Positions 38,504 to 49,717 of a DNA stretch of 64,000 nucleotides are shown one piece after another; within the stretch, counting starts at the first letter, position 1; every line of letters starts with the position of its first letter. The notes under the pieces were generated by a model. That model saw only the letters and a list, made by a program, of their open reading frames with translations. It was not told where the DNA came from and did not search any database. The DNA comes from a virus (lineage: Duplodnaviria; Caudoviricetes): IMG/VR virus record IMGVR_UViG_3300021256_000062, positions 32,001 to 96,000 of that record; one strand, 5' to 3'. Made by a program: the position numbers and the translations under genes.

Positions 38504-41500
38504 CTAACTTCTAGATGATTTTACAACATCAATAGAACTATTATCAAAATCTAATTCTGCAAGTGTGAATCTATTTACAACATTATTAATATCCCACATT
38601 ATTGATGGGTCTCTGAAATTGTTAGTATCAATTACTTTGTCATTTGGAACATCATACATATAATAGAAATTCTTATTAGTACTTAACATACTTGATATTA
38701 AATTCATAAATGGTGCTTTTTCATCTTCAGATAAATTAAACTTATCATTTATTCCTTCTTTAACTTTAATTGGATATATAGTTAAATTTGATGTAGAATC
38801 ACTTGCAACAACTATTCTAATATATGCATTTTGATTTATTGTTGAAATATCCAATGTATTAACACCATCTTGAAGACTTGATGTTAAAGTTGAATCATTT
38901 AAATTTTGATATGTAAATCCATTTAAGGTTATACTTTCATTATTTACTGTGTTCTTATTATACAACATAGTTACTAAACTATTTTTATTTACTACCATTG
39001 GCATAGGTATAACTAAGTCAATTGTTTGTGTTCTATAATTTTCTAAATTAATGTAAATGTTGCCATCATTATTAATTTGTAATGGTTCACCTGCACTTAA
39101 ATAGTAATTTTTTCCACTTTGTATAGATGTATCAGTTGAACTTACCATAACTCCTGAATTATCTAATTCATACCAACCTAATGATTGTGGATTCTTTGAA
39201 ATTAATGTTGCAACAACTTCAAAGTAATTTTTATTTGAATCATATGGTTCAGTAGTTATTTTAGTATAAGTATCAGTTTCATCTGTATGTAAGTATAATC
39301 CATCAGTGACCATTTGTGCATAAGTACTAGATGTTACACTAGATGTTACATTTGCAACTTGTAACTTATAGTAATTGTGGTTTTCCACTGTAAATTCAGT
39401 TGCAAGATAATAATTATCACCGGTCTTTCTATACCAACCCATAACATTTGGATTTGGTTGAACACCAATAACTGGTTCTTGATATTTAAATAAATAACCA
39501 TTTAAAGTTAATAAACTAGTATCTACAATAAGTGGTGTATTACCAGAACGTTGAATGTATACATTTAACATTAATTGGTCTTCAGTAACATCTATTGATT
39601 GAGAGTTACCATAGTTTATAGTTAATGTTTCAGTAAATTTACCAGTTTCACAAACTATTTCTTGTGGTAATATTGGTCCACAATTAATATCTAATCTAGT
39701 TCTAATTTTCCAATTTTCATCTGCAACATTATTTTCTAATGTTGTCCATTTATTTTCTCCATAAATTTTATAGATGAATTTACTTTCCACATCTTTCAAT
39801 GTAGATGTTAAATCTTCACTTGGTTCATTTTCAAATGTGAAAGTATCACCACTTGTTAATGTTAGTATATTTTGTTCATCTACTTGAACAAAATCATTTA
39901 TTTTAAATACTATCTCTCTCCATTGAACTGCAGCATATGTCGATAAGTTTGTGTTGTCTAATTCACTTAATGATATTAATTTAGACTTATCTAATGTCCA
40001 CACAGTATCAGTCATATTTGTAACAAGTTTAGTTCCTGCACCAAATATTTCTACTTGACTCATTGAATCATCTGCATATATTAGATATTCATTTTCAGTT
40101 AGAATTGTAGTCATCTTACCATCAAGGTCAATATCATTAACATTGAATAAACTATTATCAACATTATCCATATACCAATACATCTTAATAATCTTAGCTT
40201 GAGCATTAGTTTTATTTTCAAGCTTTGTAGTTATCTTATTTAAGAATGCAATTTCTTCAGATGTACTTAAAGTATTGTATCTAACATCTCCAACTAAAAT
40301 TGTAGTTCTCTCACCATAGTATAAATCAAAATTAGGTTTGATAATTACATATTCTAATTTTTCAGTAGACAATACTTGAGTACCACTCATTGTTATTTTT
40401 GTCCATGTTGGACCAGTATAACTATAAATATATGTTAAATTTAATCCATCTGAATTTGTAGCATTTAGTTTTAATGTTTCATCAGTAGATAATTTATAAG
40501 TAGTATTCTTACTAATAAATACTTTACTTGAATCAGTTGAAGTTAGTAAGTAATTTACACCAGCCACTGCAGTATTACTAATTGCAAAACTTGGTGAGAA
40601 TAATTGAACAACTTGATTATCTTTTAAAGTGAATCCATTAGCACCTGTTACAGCTGATTTATCAATAACTAATTGTGAATCTATACTTGTAATATTATTA
40701 AACTCATTAGTTTTTATTTGTCCAAAACTATAATCAAAATCTTCATCATATTCAAATATATTAACTTTACCTGCTAATATATTCTTTGCAAGTAATACTA
40801 AATAATCAGTTGAACCATCTACAAATACTTCTTTTTCATCTTCATCTGCATACATAACTTTAGTTGTTATTTTAGGTTCATCTAATGACACACTCTTAAT
40901 TAATGGGTTAGCATTCTTAATTGTATCTAATATTAAATCATATGATAACTCTTGACCATAGTTAACTTTTCTTGAATTGAAATTTTCAAATAAAGCTTGT
41001 TTAACTTGTTTAATTAATTGTTCTCTTTCAGCATTATTTACTTTTCTTGTTGTTGTCAATTTAACATCTAATCCATAGTAATTCTTATATAAGAATCTAT
41101 GTGTACTACCTTCAGGTTTAATATAAGTATGGTCAATTGATTGCGAATTTTCAAATACTGCAGGGATTGTTGCCATATCTTGAGATGGAGTAAAACTCAT
41201 CTTATATAAATCTTCAGTGTTAATATTATTAACATAATTAAGTGGATATAATACTAAATCAAATGGATTGATTACAACTCCTGTTTCAGAACTTGCGGGA
41301 TATGAATATTCTAATTTAGGTCCACTACCTGTTAATGTAATAATAGGAATTGAATAGTTTATATCTATTCTTCTATCAGTTACTTGAGCATTACCTACTA
41401 TAGGATATCCATTACTATCTAAATAATTAAATAAGTAGTTTGCAAAATCTCTACAATTAATTAATGTATTAAATGTACCAATAGTTTTTTTAAAGTTGAA

Positions 41501-42472
41501 ATATGCTTCATCTATATTTTCAGGGTCTAGTCCATTAGTTGCTGCAGCTGAGTTCAATACTATCAATAATTTAGTATTAGTATTTTCATCTTGAACTATA
41601 ACAGATTCATCACTATTTTCATAAGTTAAATTACTTTCAGCTGGTTGATACAATTTATTTAGTTTTCTTGCAGGTACATTTCCATTATAGCCTGATGTAA
41701 CTACATATTTAACATTTAAACCATTACTGATTAATTCAACAATATTACTTGGAAATTGAATATATGGTAATTCTTTATTTGAGTCATAACCAAATTTATA
41801 TATTAACTTATTCGGTGAGTATAAATTTAAATTATCTACTTTAGTCCATTGAGTCCAGTTATCCGGTTCATCTACAGTTTTAATGTATATTTGATTTTCA
41901 GCTACATATTTTGTAGGGAAGAATAATCTATTATTACTATCTAAGTTATTTAATTGTATATCTGAATTTCCATTAATTAATAAATCAGTAAAAGTACCTT
42001 CACATATTTTTCCAGAAAAGGCATAATTTGGTTCATTAATAGTTACACTATCAATTAATGAATATATGATTTCATTATTATCATCTGTAAATTGTGTGGT
42101 AAATTTATCAAATTTAATTGGTTTAGTTTTACTTACATCCCCATTATATTGAATAGAAATATTTGTTGTGGCACTTCTATAATATTTCATATTGTAACCT
42201 TGTGTTTCAACAATATCTCTAAAAGCTGACTCTTGAGTAGCACTAGGAATATGTGCTTGTAATGCACCTTGGTCACAGTTATAATTAATTTTATCTCCCA
42301 TAAATCCTAGTAATTTAAGTAATGCTACTAGAGGGTCAGATTCATTTGTACTATTTGGGTCCCATCTACTTGTTAATGTATTAACTAATTCAGTTATTTC
42401 TGGATATAGTTTTTGGAAATCCTTATTAGTATATGATATATTACTAATTTGTAATTCTTTATCTGAATACAT
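38504..42472 (-). CDS. Baseplate wedge protein (gp6/gpJ-like) with long C-terminal extension
   Basis: SYTNKDF, ESDP, GYNGNV, NGLDPE..DE, RDF. Confidence 0.82.
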   Translation of the reverse strand: MYSDKELQISNISYTNKDFQKLYPEITELVNTLTSRWDPNSTNESDPLVALLKLLGFMGDKINYNCDQGALQAHIPSATQESAFRDIVETQGYNMKYYRSATTNISIQYNGDVSKTKPIKFDKFTTQFTDDNNEIIYSLIDSVTINEPNYAFSGKICEGTFTDLLINGNSDIQLNNLDSNNRLFFPTKYVAENQIYIKTVDEPDNWTQWTKVDNLNLYSPNKLIYKFGYDSNKELPYIQFPSNIVELISNGLNVKYVVTSGYNGNVPARKLNKLYQPAESNLTYENSDESVIVQDENTNTKLLIVLNSAAATNGLDPENIDEAYFNFKKTIGTFNTLINCRDFANYLFNYLDSNGYPIVGNAQVTDRRIDINYSIPIITLTGSGPKLEYSYPASSETGVVINPFDLVLYPLNYVNNINTEDLYKMSFTPSQDMATIPAVFENSQSIDHTYIKPEGSTHRFLYKNYYGLDVKLTTTRKVNNAEREQLIKQVKQALFENFNSRKVNYGQELSYDLILDTIKNANPLIKSVSLDEPKITTKVMYADEDEKEVFVDGSTDYLVLLAKNILAGKVNIFEYDEDFDYSFGQIKTNEFNNITSIDSQLVIDKSAVTGANGFTLKDNQVVQLFSPSFAISNTAVAGVNYLLTSTDSSKVFISKNTTYKLSTDETLKLNATNSDGLNLTYIYSYTGPTWTKITMSGTQVLSTEKLEYVIIKPNFDLYYGERTTILVGDVRYNTLSTSEEIAFLNKITTKLENKTNAQAKIIKMYWYMDNVDNSLFNVNDIDLDGKMTTILTENEYLIYADDSMSQVEIFGAGTKLVTNMTDTVWTLDKSKLISLSELDNTNLSTYAAVQWREIVFKINDFVQVDEQNILTLTSGDTFTFENEPSEDLTSTLKDVESKFIYKIYGENKWTTLENNVADENWKIRTRLDINCGPILPQEIVCETGKFTETLTINYGNSQSIDVTEDQLMLNVYIQRSGNTPLIVDTSLLTLNGYLFKYQEPVIGVQPNPNVMGWYRKTGDNYYLATEFTVENHNYYKLQVANVTSSVTSSTYAQMVTDGLYLHTDETDTYTKITTEPYDSNKNYFEVVATLISKNPQSLGWYELDNSGVMVSSTDTSIQSGKNYYLSAGEPLQINNDGNIYINLENYRTQTIDLVIPMPMVVNKNSLVTMLYNKNTVNNESITLNGFTYQNLNDSTLTSSLQDGVNTLDISTINQNAYIRIVVASDSTSNLTIYPIKVKEGINDKFNLSEDEKAPFMNLISSMLSTNKNFYYMYDVPNDKVIDTNNFRDPSIMWDINNVVNRFTLAELDFDNSSIDVVKSSRS

Positions 42473-42475
42473 ATC

Positions 42476-42850
42476 CTAGTCCTCCTGTTGGAAAATTACT
42501 AAACTGTAATTTTCTTGTGAATAATCTACTACATAAGTAGCTTTAATATTTGCAACTAATTTTCCTTTAGTTGTTTGAATGACATCTATGTCTTTCCTAT
42601 TAACAATTAATTGTGGCATAAATGTTTTAATTTGAGAATAAATCTCATCTATAATAATATCTTTAAGTACATTATTATTGGGTTCAAATATATATCTCTT
42701 TAGTCGTATTCCAAAATAAGGGTCTCCTAAAAACTGACCTTTTTCCGAACCTAATAAGATTTTCAAATTACTTAAAGTTGCTTCTTTATCAGTTATAATA
42801 TTTGATGATGTTTTATTTTTAAATATTTTTGGGAATCCAATTGATTTCAT
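42476..42850 (-). CDS. Baseplate gp25-like sheath initiator
   Basis: LLGSEKG..GDPYFG..L..YIFEP, FMPQL. Confidence 0.85.
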   Translation of the reverse strand: MKSIGFPKIFKNKTSSNIITDKEATLSNLKILLGSEKGQFLGDPYFGIRLKRYIFEPNNNVLKDIIIDEIYSQIKTFMPQLIVNRKDIDVIQTTKGKLVANIKATYVVDYSQENYSLVIFQQED

Positions 42851-42863
42851 AATTAAACCTCAC

Positions 42864-43862
42864 TTAAAATATCTCTACTACAGTATCTACAAGATAAGAA
42901 TCACTAACTAATCCGGTAAATATACGTGGATTACCATCTTCATTTAGTGAACTTATAACAACTTTAAGTTCATCTGCATTTGTGCCATAAACACCTATTA
43001 TATAAGATTCACAATATCCCCATGAAAAATCAACATCATGTTCTGAAAAGTCTACAACCACATCAGTAATAAAAGAAAATGAATCATCTTCATATCTACC
43101 TGCTGCTGTAAGACAATTATTTACTCCATTATGACCTCTAGAATATAGCACTTGTGCGATATCCGCACTATTCTCAAAAGCTTCGCCATTATTACTTAAT
43201 AATCTAAATGTCAAGATTTCACCCATACTTGATGCATCTGCATTATTAGCTAGAACAAAATTATGTTCATATAAATGTTTTTCATTTAATAGTAATTCCA
43301 CATGGGCTTCTGTAGGGAATCTAGCATCTGCTTGCTCTCTAGTATAGAAATTTCCATAAACATCACTTATAGTAGCAAACTTATCATCTGATTCTTCTTT
43401 AGTATAAGCATCTGTAGTTCCACCACTCTCATCAATCTTATATCTATTATTAGCTACATCTCTAAATAGTCTTTCGATTTCATCCCCACTAATGTCTCCA
43501 ATTGTAGTATTTTTAGGTAATTTTGCATTATGAGTAACTCTTAAATCTTGCACAATATCATTTGTTCTAGATTCAGTTTCACCATTACCTAAATATAATT
43601 TACCTAGAATTATTGGTTTTGATTTATCATTATCTTCAAAACTAACAAATACTATATCCCCAACATTATAACTATTTAAATGTTCAGGTTGATAACATAA
43701 TGTTGCTTCGATACTTGAAGGGGATAGTTTAGAATCTTTAGATTGACCAGCTGATAAGAATATAGGTATAAATACTTCATATATATTATCATATTTCTCA
43801 ACACCATTTTCAGTTATCCATTTACCTGTAGGTATTTTTGTAATCTTTCCTTTTGTAATCAT
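42864..43862 (-). CDS. Baseplate spike (gpV/gp5 OB-fold N-terminus)
   Basis: VGDIVFVSFEDND.SKPIILGKL; YTKEESD/YTREQAD trimer repeats. Confidence 0.7.
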   Translation of the reverse strand: MITKGKITKIPTGKWITENGVEKYDNIYEVFIPIFLSAGQSKDSKLSPSSIEATLCYQPEHLNSYNVGDIVFVSFEDNDKSKPIILGKLYLGNGETESRTNDIVQDLRVTHNAKLPKNTTIGDISGDEIERLFRDVANNRYKIDESGGTTDAYTKEESDDKFATISDVYGNFYTREQADARFPTEAHVELLLNEKHLYEHNFVLANNADASSMGEILTFRLLSNNGEAFENSADIAQVLYSRGHNGVNNCLTAAGRYEDDSFSFITDVVVDFSEHDVDFSWGYCESYIIGVYGTNADELKVVISSLNEDGNPRIFTGLVSDSYLVDTVVEIF

Positions 43863-43882
43863 AAACTAACCTCTCATATATT

Positions 43883-43894
43883 TATTATACAATA
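43883..43894 (-). promoter_or_regulatory. Putative phage promoter TATTGTATAATA
   Basis: Identical 12-mer at 50629-50640; both intergenic; no TTGACA -35. Confidence 0.45.
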
Positions 43895-43904
43895 ATATTA
43901 TATA

Positions 43905-45197
43905 TTATTGCTGTGAATTATCCCCACCGACTCTAGTTAATGATAAACTCGTCTTAAATCCTTGTTCACTGATATTATCTATTTGTTGGGTTAAAATATA
44001 TAATCCACTAGAGTTATGTTTTTTACCATAAAAATATACATTTAATCTAACATAACTCATTAATAATGCAGGTCTTAATAATCCTTTTAATGTAAGGTTT
44101 ACTTTAATTGGATATTGAGTCACTTTAGTCCACCAAGTCTTATCTTGTTCTTGTGTGGTAAATGTAGGGTTCTTACTTGAAATCATTGGAGAGTATACTT
44201 GTTCAAGATTACCATCATTATCAATTCTTTGAACATAATAACTCTGATTTAATTTAGCTTGGTAATCGTATAGTATTGAGAAATTTTCATTATTTTCAAT
44301 GTTAAATTGTGTCACTATATTTTGAGATGGGAATCCTATATCAATTACATATGTATCTATAGGGTCATCATTTTTATTATTTCTAACTATTTCAAAATAA
44401 GGTCCATCAAAAATAAATTCACTATTCTCATCACTTCTATTATAATTACTAGTACTATCAATTATATTTAATGTATATATTGAACCTTGTTGTATTGAAT
44501 TAGGATTAATATCTGATGGTTTCATACAATTTACTAAATAAGATAAATAATCTAATGGAGATGTATTTTCGTGCAATTCTAAATCTACAACTCTATCTCC
44601 ACCAGGAATTAAATTATAAGATTCTACTAAATCTCTATTTTTCATTCCTGTAAAAATTTCTAACATCCCAAAATCACCATATAGTAATTCTTTTATAACA
44701 TTACTTGGTTTATCTCTAGTTGCTCTAAATGTATAGGCACCAGATGTAGCCAAGAATGCACTACTTACAGCACTAACTGTATATTGTATTACTGATGATT
44801 GAATTTGAAAATCTTGTTTAATATCAGTAATAACTGCTTGTTCTTCTCTATAAATAAAAGATGGTACTGATAAGTCACCATAACTAAATACTATTGTACG
44901 TGTTTTACTTACTGAACTAAATACTTTATCAAAAAAATTAGGGTCATCAGTTTCCGTAATAGGATATACTAACACTAGTGTATATGTATTAACCTTACCA
45001 TTTATCTTCTTAACTTGTAATGATTTAACATAGTTAGGATATTGTACCTTATTAGATACCTTATATTGGTTATCAGTTTGATATTTAGATTTTGCATATA
45101 CACCAAAAGTATAATCGCCAATTGTCACTTTTACAAAAGGAACTTCAACTCTACTTTGACTTGATAATAATGATAAATTACTTGGCATAAATATCAC
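43905..45197 (-). CDS. Baseplate hub (gp27/gpD-like)
   Basis: C-terminal LTLKG..SGLYI..DNIS..GFKTSLSLTR; position. Confidence 0.7.
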   Translation of the reverse strand: MIFMPSNLSLLSSQSRVEVPFVKVTIGDYTFGVYAKSKYQTDNQYKVSNKVQYPNYVKSLQVKKINGKVNTYTLVLVYPITETDDPNFFDKVFSSVSKTRTIVFSYGDLSVPSFIYREEQAVITDIKQDFQIQSSVIQYTVSAVSSAFLATSGAYTFRATRDKPSNVIKELLYGDFGMLEIFTGMKNRDLVESYNLIPGGDRVVDLELHENTSPLDYLSYLVNCMKPSDINPNSIQQGSIYTLNIIDSTSNYNRSDENSEFIFDGPYFEIVRNNKNDDPIDTYVIDIGFPSQNIVTQFNIENNENFSILYDYQAKLNQSYYVQRIDNDGNLEQVYSPMISSKNPTFTTQEQDKTWWTKVTQYPIKVNLTLKGLLRPALLMSYVRLNVYFYGKKHNSSGLYILTQQIDNISEQGFKTSLSLTRVGGDNSQQ

Positions 45198-45522
45198 CTG
45201 TATAGTAAATATATGAAATTGATGGAATTTTAATTGTTTTAAATTTGTCAGTAAGTTTCATAAATGGGTCAATTATTCTATTGAAATCTGCAATAATCCA
45301 ATAATAGTCAGGACGACCATAATAGAATAGTGCAAGTGAATCTAATGTATCACTTGGCACTAATGTATGTAAAGTATATGAACTATTGTCACTTAATGGT
45401 TTACATAGACCATATACATATTTTTTATTTAAGGTATCATAATAAAATGATACTGATTCATATCTTGATAATGCAGGATAGTCTTTTGTTTGTTTATCTA
45501 TATATGTATTCATAATTAACAC
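45178..45522 (-). CDS. LysM-like baseplate protein (gp53/gpX-like)
   Basis: DTLDSLALFYYGRPDYYWIIADFN. Confidence 0.82.
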   Translation of the reverse strand: MLIMNTYIDKQTKDYPALSRYESVSFYYDTLNKKYVYGLCKPLSDNSSYTLHTLVPSDTLDSLALFYYGRPDYYWIIADFNRIIDPFMKLTDKFKTIKIPSISYIYYTGDIYAK

Positions 45523-46122
45523 CTACCCTTCAAATGTTACACCATTTCTAAATGCTCTAGATATACCTCTAAATGAACCTAATTCCATTACAGTATCTGC
45601 GTCATATGGGTCAACCTCATAAACTGTAAATCCAATAGTAACTAATGCATATTGTCCATTACTTAACATTGGTGGTGCATAGGCTACAGTTACTCCACCA
45701 ATAACAACACCTTTAATAAATATATCTTCTCCTGCACCAATTCTAATTGCAACCATAGGTGGTATAACTGATTTAGATGCTTCAACATATCTAGGTAATG
45801 CAATTGCTTGAATTTTTCTAATCAATGCATTTACATAATCTTCACCTACTTCTAATGTAGCATTACTTAAACCATTTGCATTTACTGAATCAAGTAAATC
45901 TCTATGTAACTCGAATTGAAATGTCATAGAACGTGGTCCTGAATTTGAATATGAGAAGACTGGTGCTGAACGAGATAGAGCTGTTGTTTGTTGGAAATTA
46001 GATTGTAATGTATCTGTAATACTTTCTGGATATGTAGGTAAAAATATTACCTCATCAGTATGATACATATAAATATAATTTCCTGTTTTAATTAACTCTT
46101 TTTTTCTTTCATTATCTGCCAT
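45523..46122 (-). CDS. Tail tube initiator (gp48/gp54-like)
   Basis: LP.YPESITD, SRSAP...YSNSGPR, PRY..PP. Confidence 0.7.
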   Translation of the reverse strand: MADNERKKELIKTGNYIYMYHTDEVIFLPTYPESITDTLQSNFQQTTALSRSAPVFSYSNSGPRSMTFQFELHRDLLDSVNANGLSNATLEVGEDYVNALIRKIQAIALPRYVEASKSVIPPMVAIRIGAGEDIFIKGVVIGGVTVAYAPPMLSNGQYALVTIGFTVYEVDPYDADTVMELGSFRGISRAFRNGVTFEG

Positions 46123-46123
46123 A

Positions 46124-47398
46124 CTAGTACTCCTTTATAGAATCATTCGTAGTTTCAATAATTAATTTTTCTTCTACATCCTTATCAACATATCCAAATG
46201 TATCACTACGTTTATCTAATACACCTTTTTTAATAGCATTTAAATATATAAGTAATCTTAATTTAGGAGTATACTCTCTATATGGGGTATATGTACTAAT
46301 AATTCCTTGTTCTAATAAACTATCTTGTACTCTATCAATATTTGATATTATTTCATCATTAGGAGTTATTACATTGTCAGTTAAGTATTCCATTAATCTA
46401 TCGGCAAAAGGATGTTGTTTAGAGTCATTCTTTTGTAATAACTGACTATCACTTGTAAAATAATTATTACTTATATTATCATTATTTAAATTTGAATAAT
46501 TAACTAATAAATTTCTATATTTAGATGGATAATAATTATATCCTTTATCTCCTAATACGTTATTCATATATCTTTTAGAAATTGTTACTTTAGTTTTTTC
46601 ATCCACTGTAGGTTCATCTGATATTTCAGTAACTACTAGTGATGATTCATTTAAAAATGGTATTTTAATAATTAATTTAAGTTCACTTTCTCTACTGAAC
46701 AATTCAGCTGGTATATGACTTAAATCAGTTAAATTATATAATTTATCATAAATTACACAATTACTAAATCTTAATCCATTAAATTTTGCATAGGTATCTT
46801 GATAAAAATATTTTAATTTATCATCTCCACCAATTATAATTTTATTAACTTGGTTATCATTCTCATATATTGTTGCAACTACTTCAATGTCAAATGAACA
46901 ATCAATGGCTATTGCATATTTCTTCCAAAATTTAACAGGTACTACACATAATTTATATGCACCATTTGTACTATCAAATACATTATCGAATGCAATAAAT
47001 TTTTTAGCATATTCTCCACTAAAACAATTATACATTGACATTAAATCTAAATTCTCATAATCTCTTACAAATCTTAAGTAATCTCCAAGTTCTTTATGTG
47101 TAATATAATCATATTGATTACTTTTAATAGGTAAGGTATGTGTAATATTCAACATTGGTCTATTCTTGTCAAATACATCACAAAATATAAAATCATCTGG
47201 ATTATAACCAAAATCATCAAAAAATTTAGTATTCTTTGCAATTACTACATTTGTCTTATAGATATATGTCATTCCTTTATAGATAAATAATCTATCATGG
47301 TCTCTTATAACCTTACATTTAGGGAGATTAAATGATTTTAATAATTGTTTAATTTGACCAACAAATATATTATTGAAATTATATTCTAGCATAATCAT
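46124..47398 (-). CDS. Hypothetical virion protein
   Basis: Between tape measure and baseplate genes. Confidence 0.65.
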   Translation of the reverse strand: MIMLEYNFNNIFVGQIKQLLKSFNLPKCKVIRDHDRLFIYKGMTYIYKTNVVIAKNTKFFDDFGYNPDDFIFCDVFDKNRPMLNITHTLPIKSNQYDYITHKELGDYLRFVRDYENLDLMSMYNCFSGEYAKKFIAFDNVFDSTNGAYKLCVVPVKFWKKYAIAIDCSFDIEVVATIYENDNQVNKIIIGGDDKLKYFYQDTYAKFNGLRFSNCVIYDKLYNLTDLSHIPAELFSRESELKLIIKIPFLNESSLVVTEISDEPTVDEKTKVTISKRYMNNVLGDKGYNYYPSKYRNLLVNYSNLNNDNISNNYFTSDSQLLQKNDSKQHPFADRLMEYLTDNVITPNDEIISNIDRVQDSLLEQGIISTYTPYREYTPKLRLLIYLNAIKKGVLDKRSDTFGYVDKDVEEKLIIETTNDSIKEY

Positions 47399-47410
47399 TC
47401 ATCTCCTATT

Positions 47411-49468
47411 CTATGTAAGTCCAGGTGTTCCACCTGTAGTATAGAAAGGTTCTTCCATTCTAACAGTTAATGTTTCACCTAATCTATCTAATATTTTATT
47501 TAAAGTAATATCTATTGAGTTAATCTTATCTGCAATTTCAGTCTTCATATCTACATCTGAACTTGCCATAATTTCTCCTTTAGATTTACTTTCACTTTCC
47601 ATTTGTTCATTTGCACTTTGTTTTGCTGATGCTAATGAACTCTCATAGAATGCACTACCACTAGATTGTCCCATAACTGTAGATTTAGAAGTTTGCATTC
47701 CACTTTGAACTGGTTTTACCTCTCCTAGTGTTGTTGTGGCAATATCTCTATTTATTCCTAATGTACTTAATGTTCTACTGAAATCAACAGTATTACCTAC
47801 ACCACTAATAATATCTCCAATCATACCAAGTGAACCAACACCCATAATTCCTAATTTCATCAAGTTCTCAACTGTAGTATTTAAATCTAAACCAGTACCC
47901 ATACCAAATATTGCAGGGATATTAATACCACCAGTATATTCTTGAATCATATCAGTTATTCTCCAAAGTGCAGATGTAACTGGATTATCTGCAATATTAG
48001 AGAACATTGAGAATTGAGCATTTTCAATAACAGTGTTAATTGCATCTGCCATTGCTGTTCTAGATGTCACTTGTCTCATTTGATATTCCAATTCACCTAT
48101 AGTATTACCATAGGTCATATTAGATTTATATATTTCATCTATTGCTTTTCTATTTAAATTTAAAGCTGCAGTTAAATCTGATACACTGACACCAAATGTT
48201 GATGCATACTGATTCTTAACAACTTGATTTGTTGAACTACCAATTTCTTGTAAATATTCAACAATTGATTTTAATAATTTATTAGTTTCATCAGTATTAA
48301 TTTGTCTAGTTAACATATCTGCATATGATAACCCAGCTCTACTTGCAGCCATAACAATTAAACTTTGAACTGATGAACTTTCAAGTCCACTTACATCACC
48401 TGTTGCAAGATATCCCAATGCTGATGCTAAATTACCTACAGTAGTTGAACTCAATCCTACTGATGATAGTGAACCTAACCATTTTTGGATTTGATACTCA
48501 AATTCAACACCTCTTTGAACATCTAATTGTGATGTAGCATCTACGATTGCTGTAGTTACATCATCAAATGAATCACTTAAGTATTCAGTATTTTGGAACA
48601 TACCATTTAAAAATCTAGTTAAGTATGCTTCCATACCTAATCTACTTGCAGTGGAGTCGGCTTGTTGTAATCTTACTATTCTCATTAAACTTGCATTTGC
48701 AGCATCAAATGTTGTTGCTACCTTATCACTTACAGTTTGTAAGAATGCTCTTTGTTCCAAATTAAATGCTATACCACTTTCTACTAAACTATTTAAATTC
48801 TCTAATAATGTTTGAGTTTTTAAATATGGAGTTATACCAACATTTCTTAATAATGAATTTTGTATTGAACTAAATCCACTACCTGAACCTTGTAATCTAG
48901 TATTAATTGCTGTTTGATATTTAGAGAATGTCTCTGCAACTTGTTTATATAAACCATCTGCAGCCGACATTGCTTTATTGAAATTCTCATTCATTCTCTT
49001 GGCACGAGACTCTGATGAAAATTGGTCTTTAATCATGGCAGCGGAAGTCTTTGCCCACGCTTTAGTGGCACTCATAGTTCCATCAGCCACCATTTGGTCT
49101 AATTGGTCTCTATAAGCTTGTAAATCTTCTTCTCTTTCTTTACGTTCTTCTTCTAATCTTTTCTTTCTATCTTTAGCAATTGTCTTATCTAAATTTTGAG
49201 CATCCTTAAGTGCTCTTTTAGCTTCATCTTTTTGCTCTTGTTCATATTGCTTTCTCTTATAATCAGCTAATTTCTTAACTAATGCAGCTTGTTCTTTAGA
49301 GTCTATAGTTAATGATTCATGTTGTAATAATCTTTTATACTTGGCAATTTCTTCTTCCATTGCCTTTTGTTTATCACGTTGTTCCTTTAAGTAGGCATCT
49401 TCAGCTGTTTGTCTTGTATTAACTTGACCTATATTAGGATTATTATTATCTTTTAAAGCCATAGACAA
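47411..49468 (-). CDS. Tape measure protein
   Basis: Helical, Ala/Ser/Gln-rich; follows the chaperone genes. Confidence 0.72.
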   Translation of the reverse strand: MSMALKDNNNPNIGQVNTRQTAEDAYLKEQRDKQKAMEEEIAKYKRLLQHESLTIDSKEQAALVKKLADYKRKQYEQEQKDEAKRALKDAQNLDKTIAKDRKKRLEEERKEREEDLQAYRDQLDQMVADGTMSATKAWAKTSAAMIKDQFSSESRAKRMNENFNKAMSAADGLYKQVAETFSKYQTAINTRLQGSGSGFSSIQNSLLRNVGITPYLKTQTLLENLNSLVESGIAFNLEQRAFLQTVSDKVATTFDAANASLMRIVRLQQADSTASRLGMEAYLTRFLNGMFQNTEYLSDSFDDVTTAIVDATSQLDVQRGVEFEYQIQKWLGSLSSVGLSSTTVGNLASALGYLATGDVSGLESSSVQSLIVMAASRAGLSYADMLTRQINTDETNKLLKSIVEYLQEIGSSTNQVVKNQYASTFGVSVSDLTAALNLNRKAIDEIYKSNMTYGNTIGELEYQMRQVTSRTAMADAINTVIENAQFSMFSNIADNPVTSALWRITDMIQEYTGGINIPAIFGMGTGLDLNTTVENLMKLGIMGVGSLGMIGDIISGVGNTVDFSRTLSTLGINRDIATTTLGEVKPVQSGMQTSKSTVMGQSSGSAFYESSLASAKQSANEQMESESKSKGEIMASSDVDMKTEIADKINSIDITLNKILDRLGETLTVRMEEPFYTTGGTPGLT

Positions 49469-49473
49469 TCCTC

Positions 49474-49717
49474 CTACTTTCTATTTTGTCTTTTTTGTTC
49501 TAATTCTCTTCTTTGTTCTTCATATTTTTCTTGAATCTTTTGTGCTTCTTCCACCAAGAAACTTAATATATAGTTTCTTTCAGTAGGAGACATTTTCAAC
49601 ACATCCTCATATGATGTATGTATATGTTTTGAAATTAAATAACAATCTTGAACTAAACTCTTATATAAAATTGGTCCTAATGGATTACCCTTTTCATCAT
49701 AGAGTTGGCCAAAAAAA
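49474..49717 (-). CDS. Tail assembly chaperone C-terminal extension (probably via frameshift)
   Basis: No clear RBS/start; SY.DVLKMSPTER motif; overlaps upstream gene at a T7 run. Confidence 0.65.

Noticed and set aside
48961-49100. GC-richer patch in the tape measure gene
   Set aside because: Largely explained by Ala/Trp/Ser codons; no convincing structure
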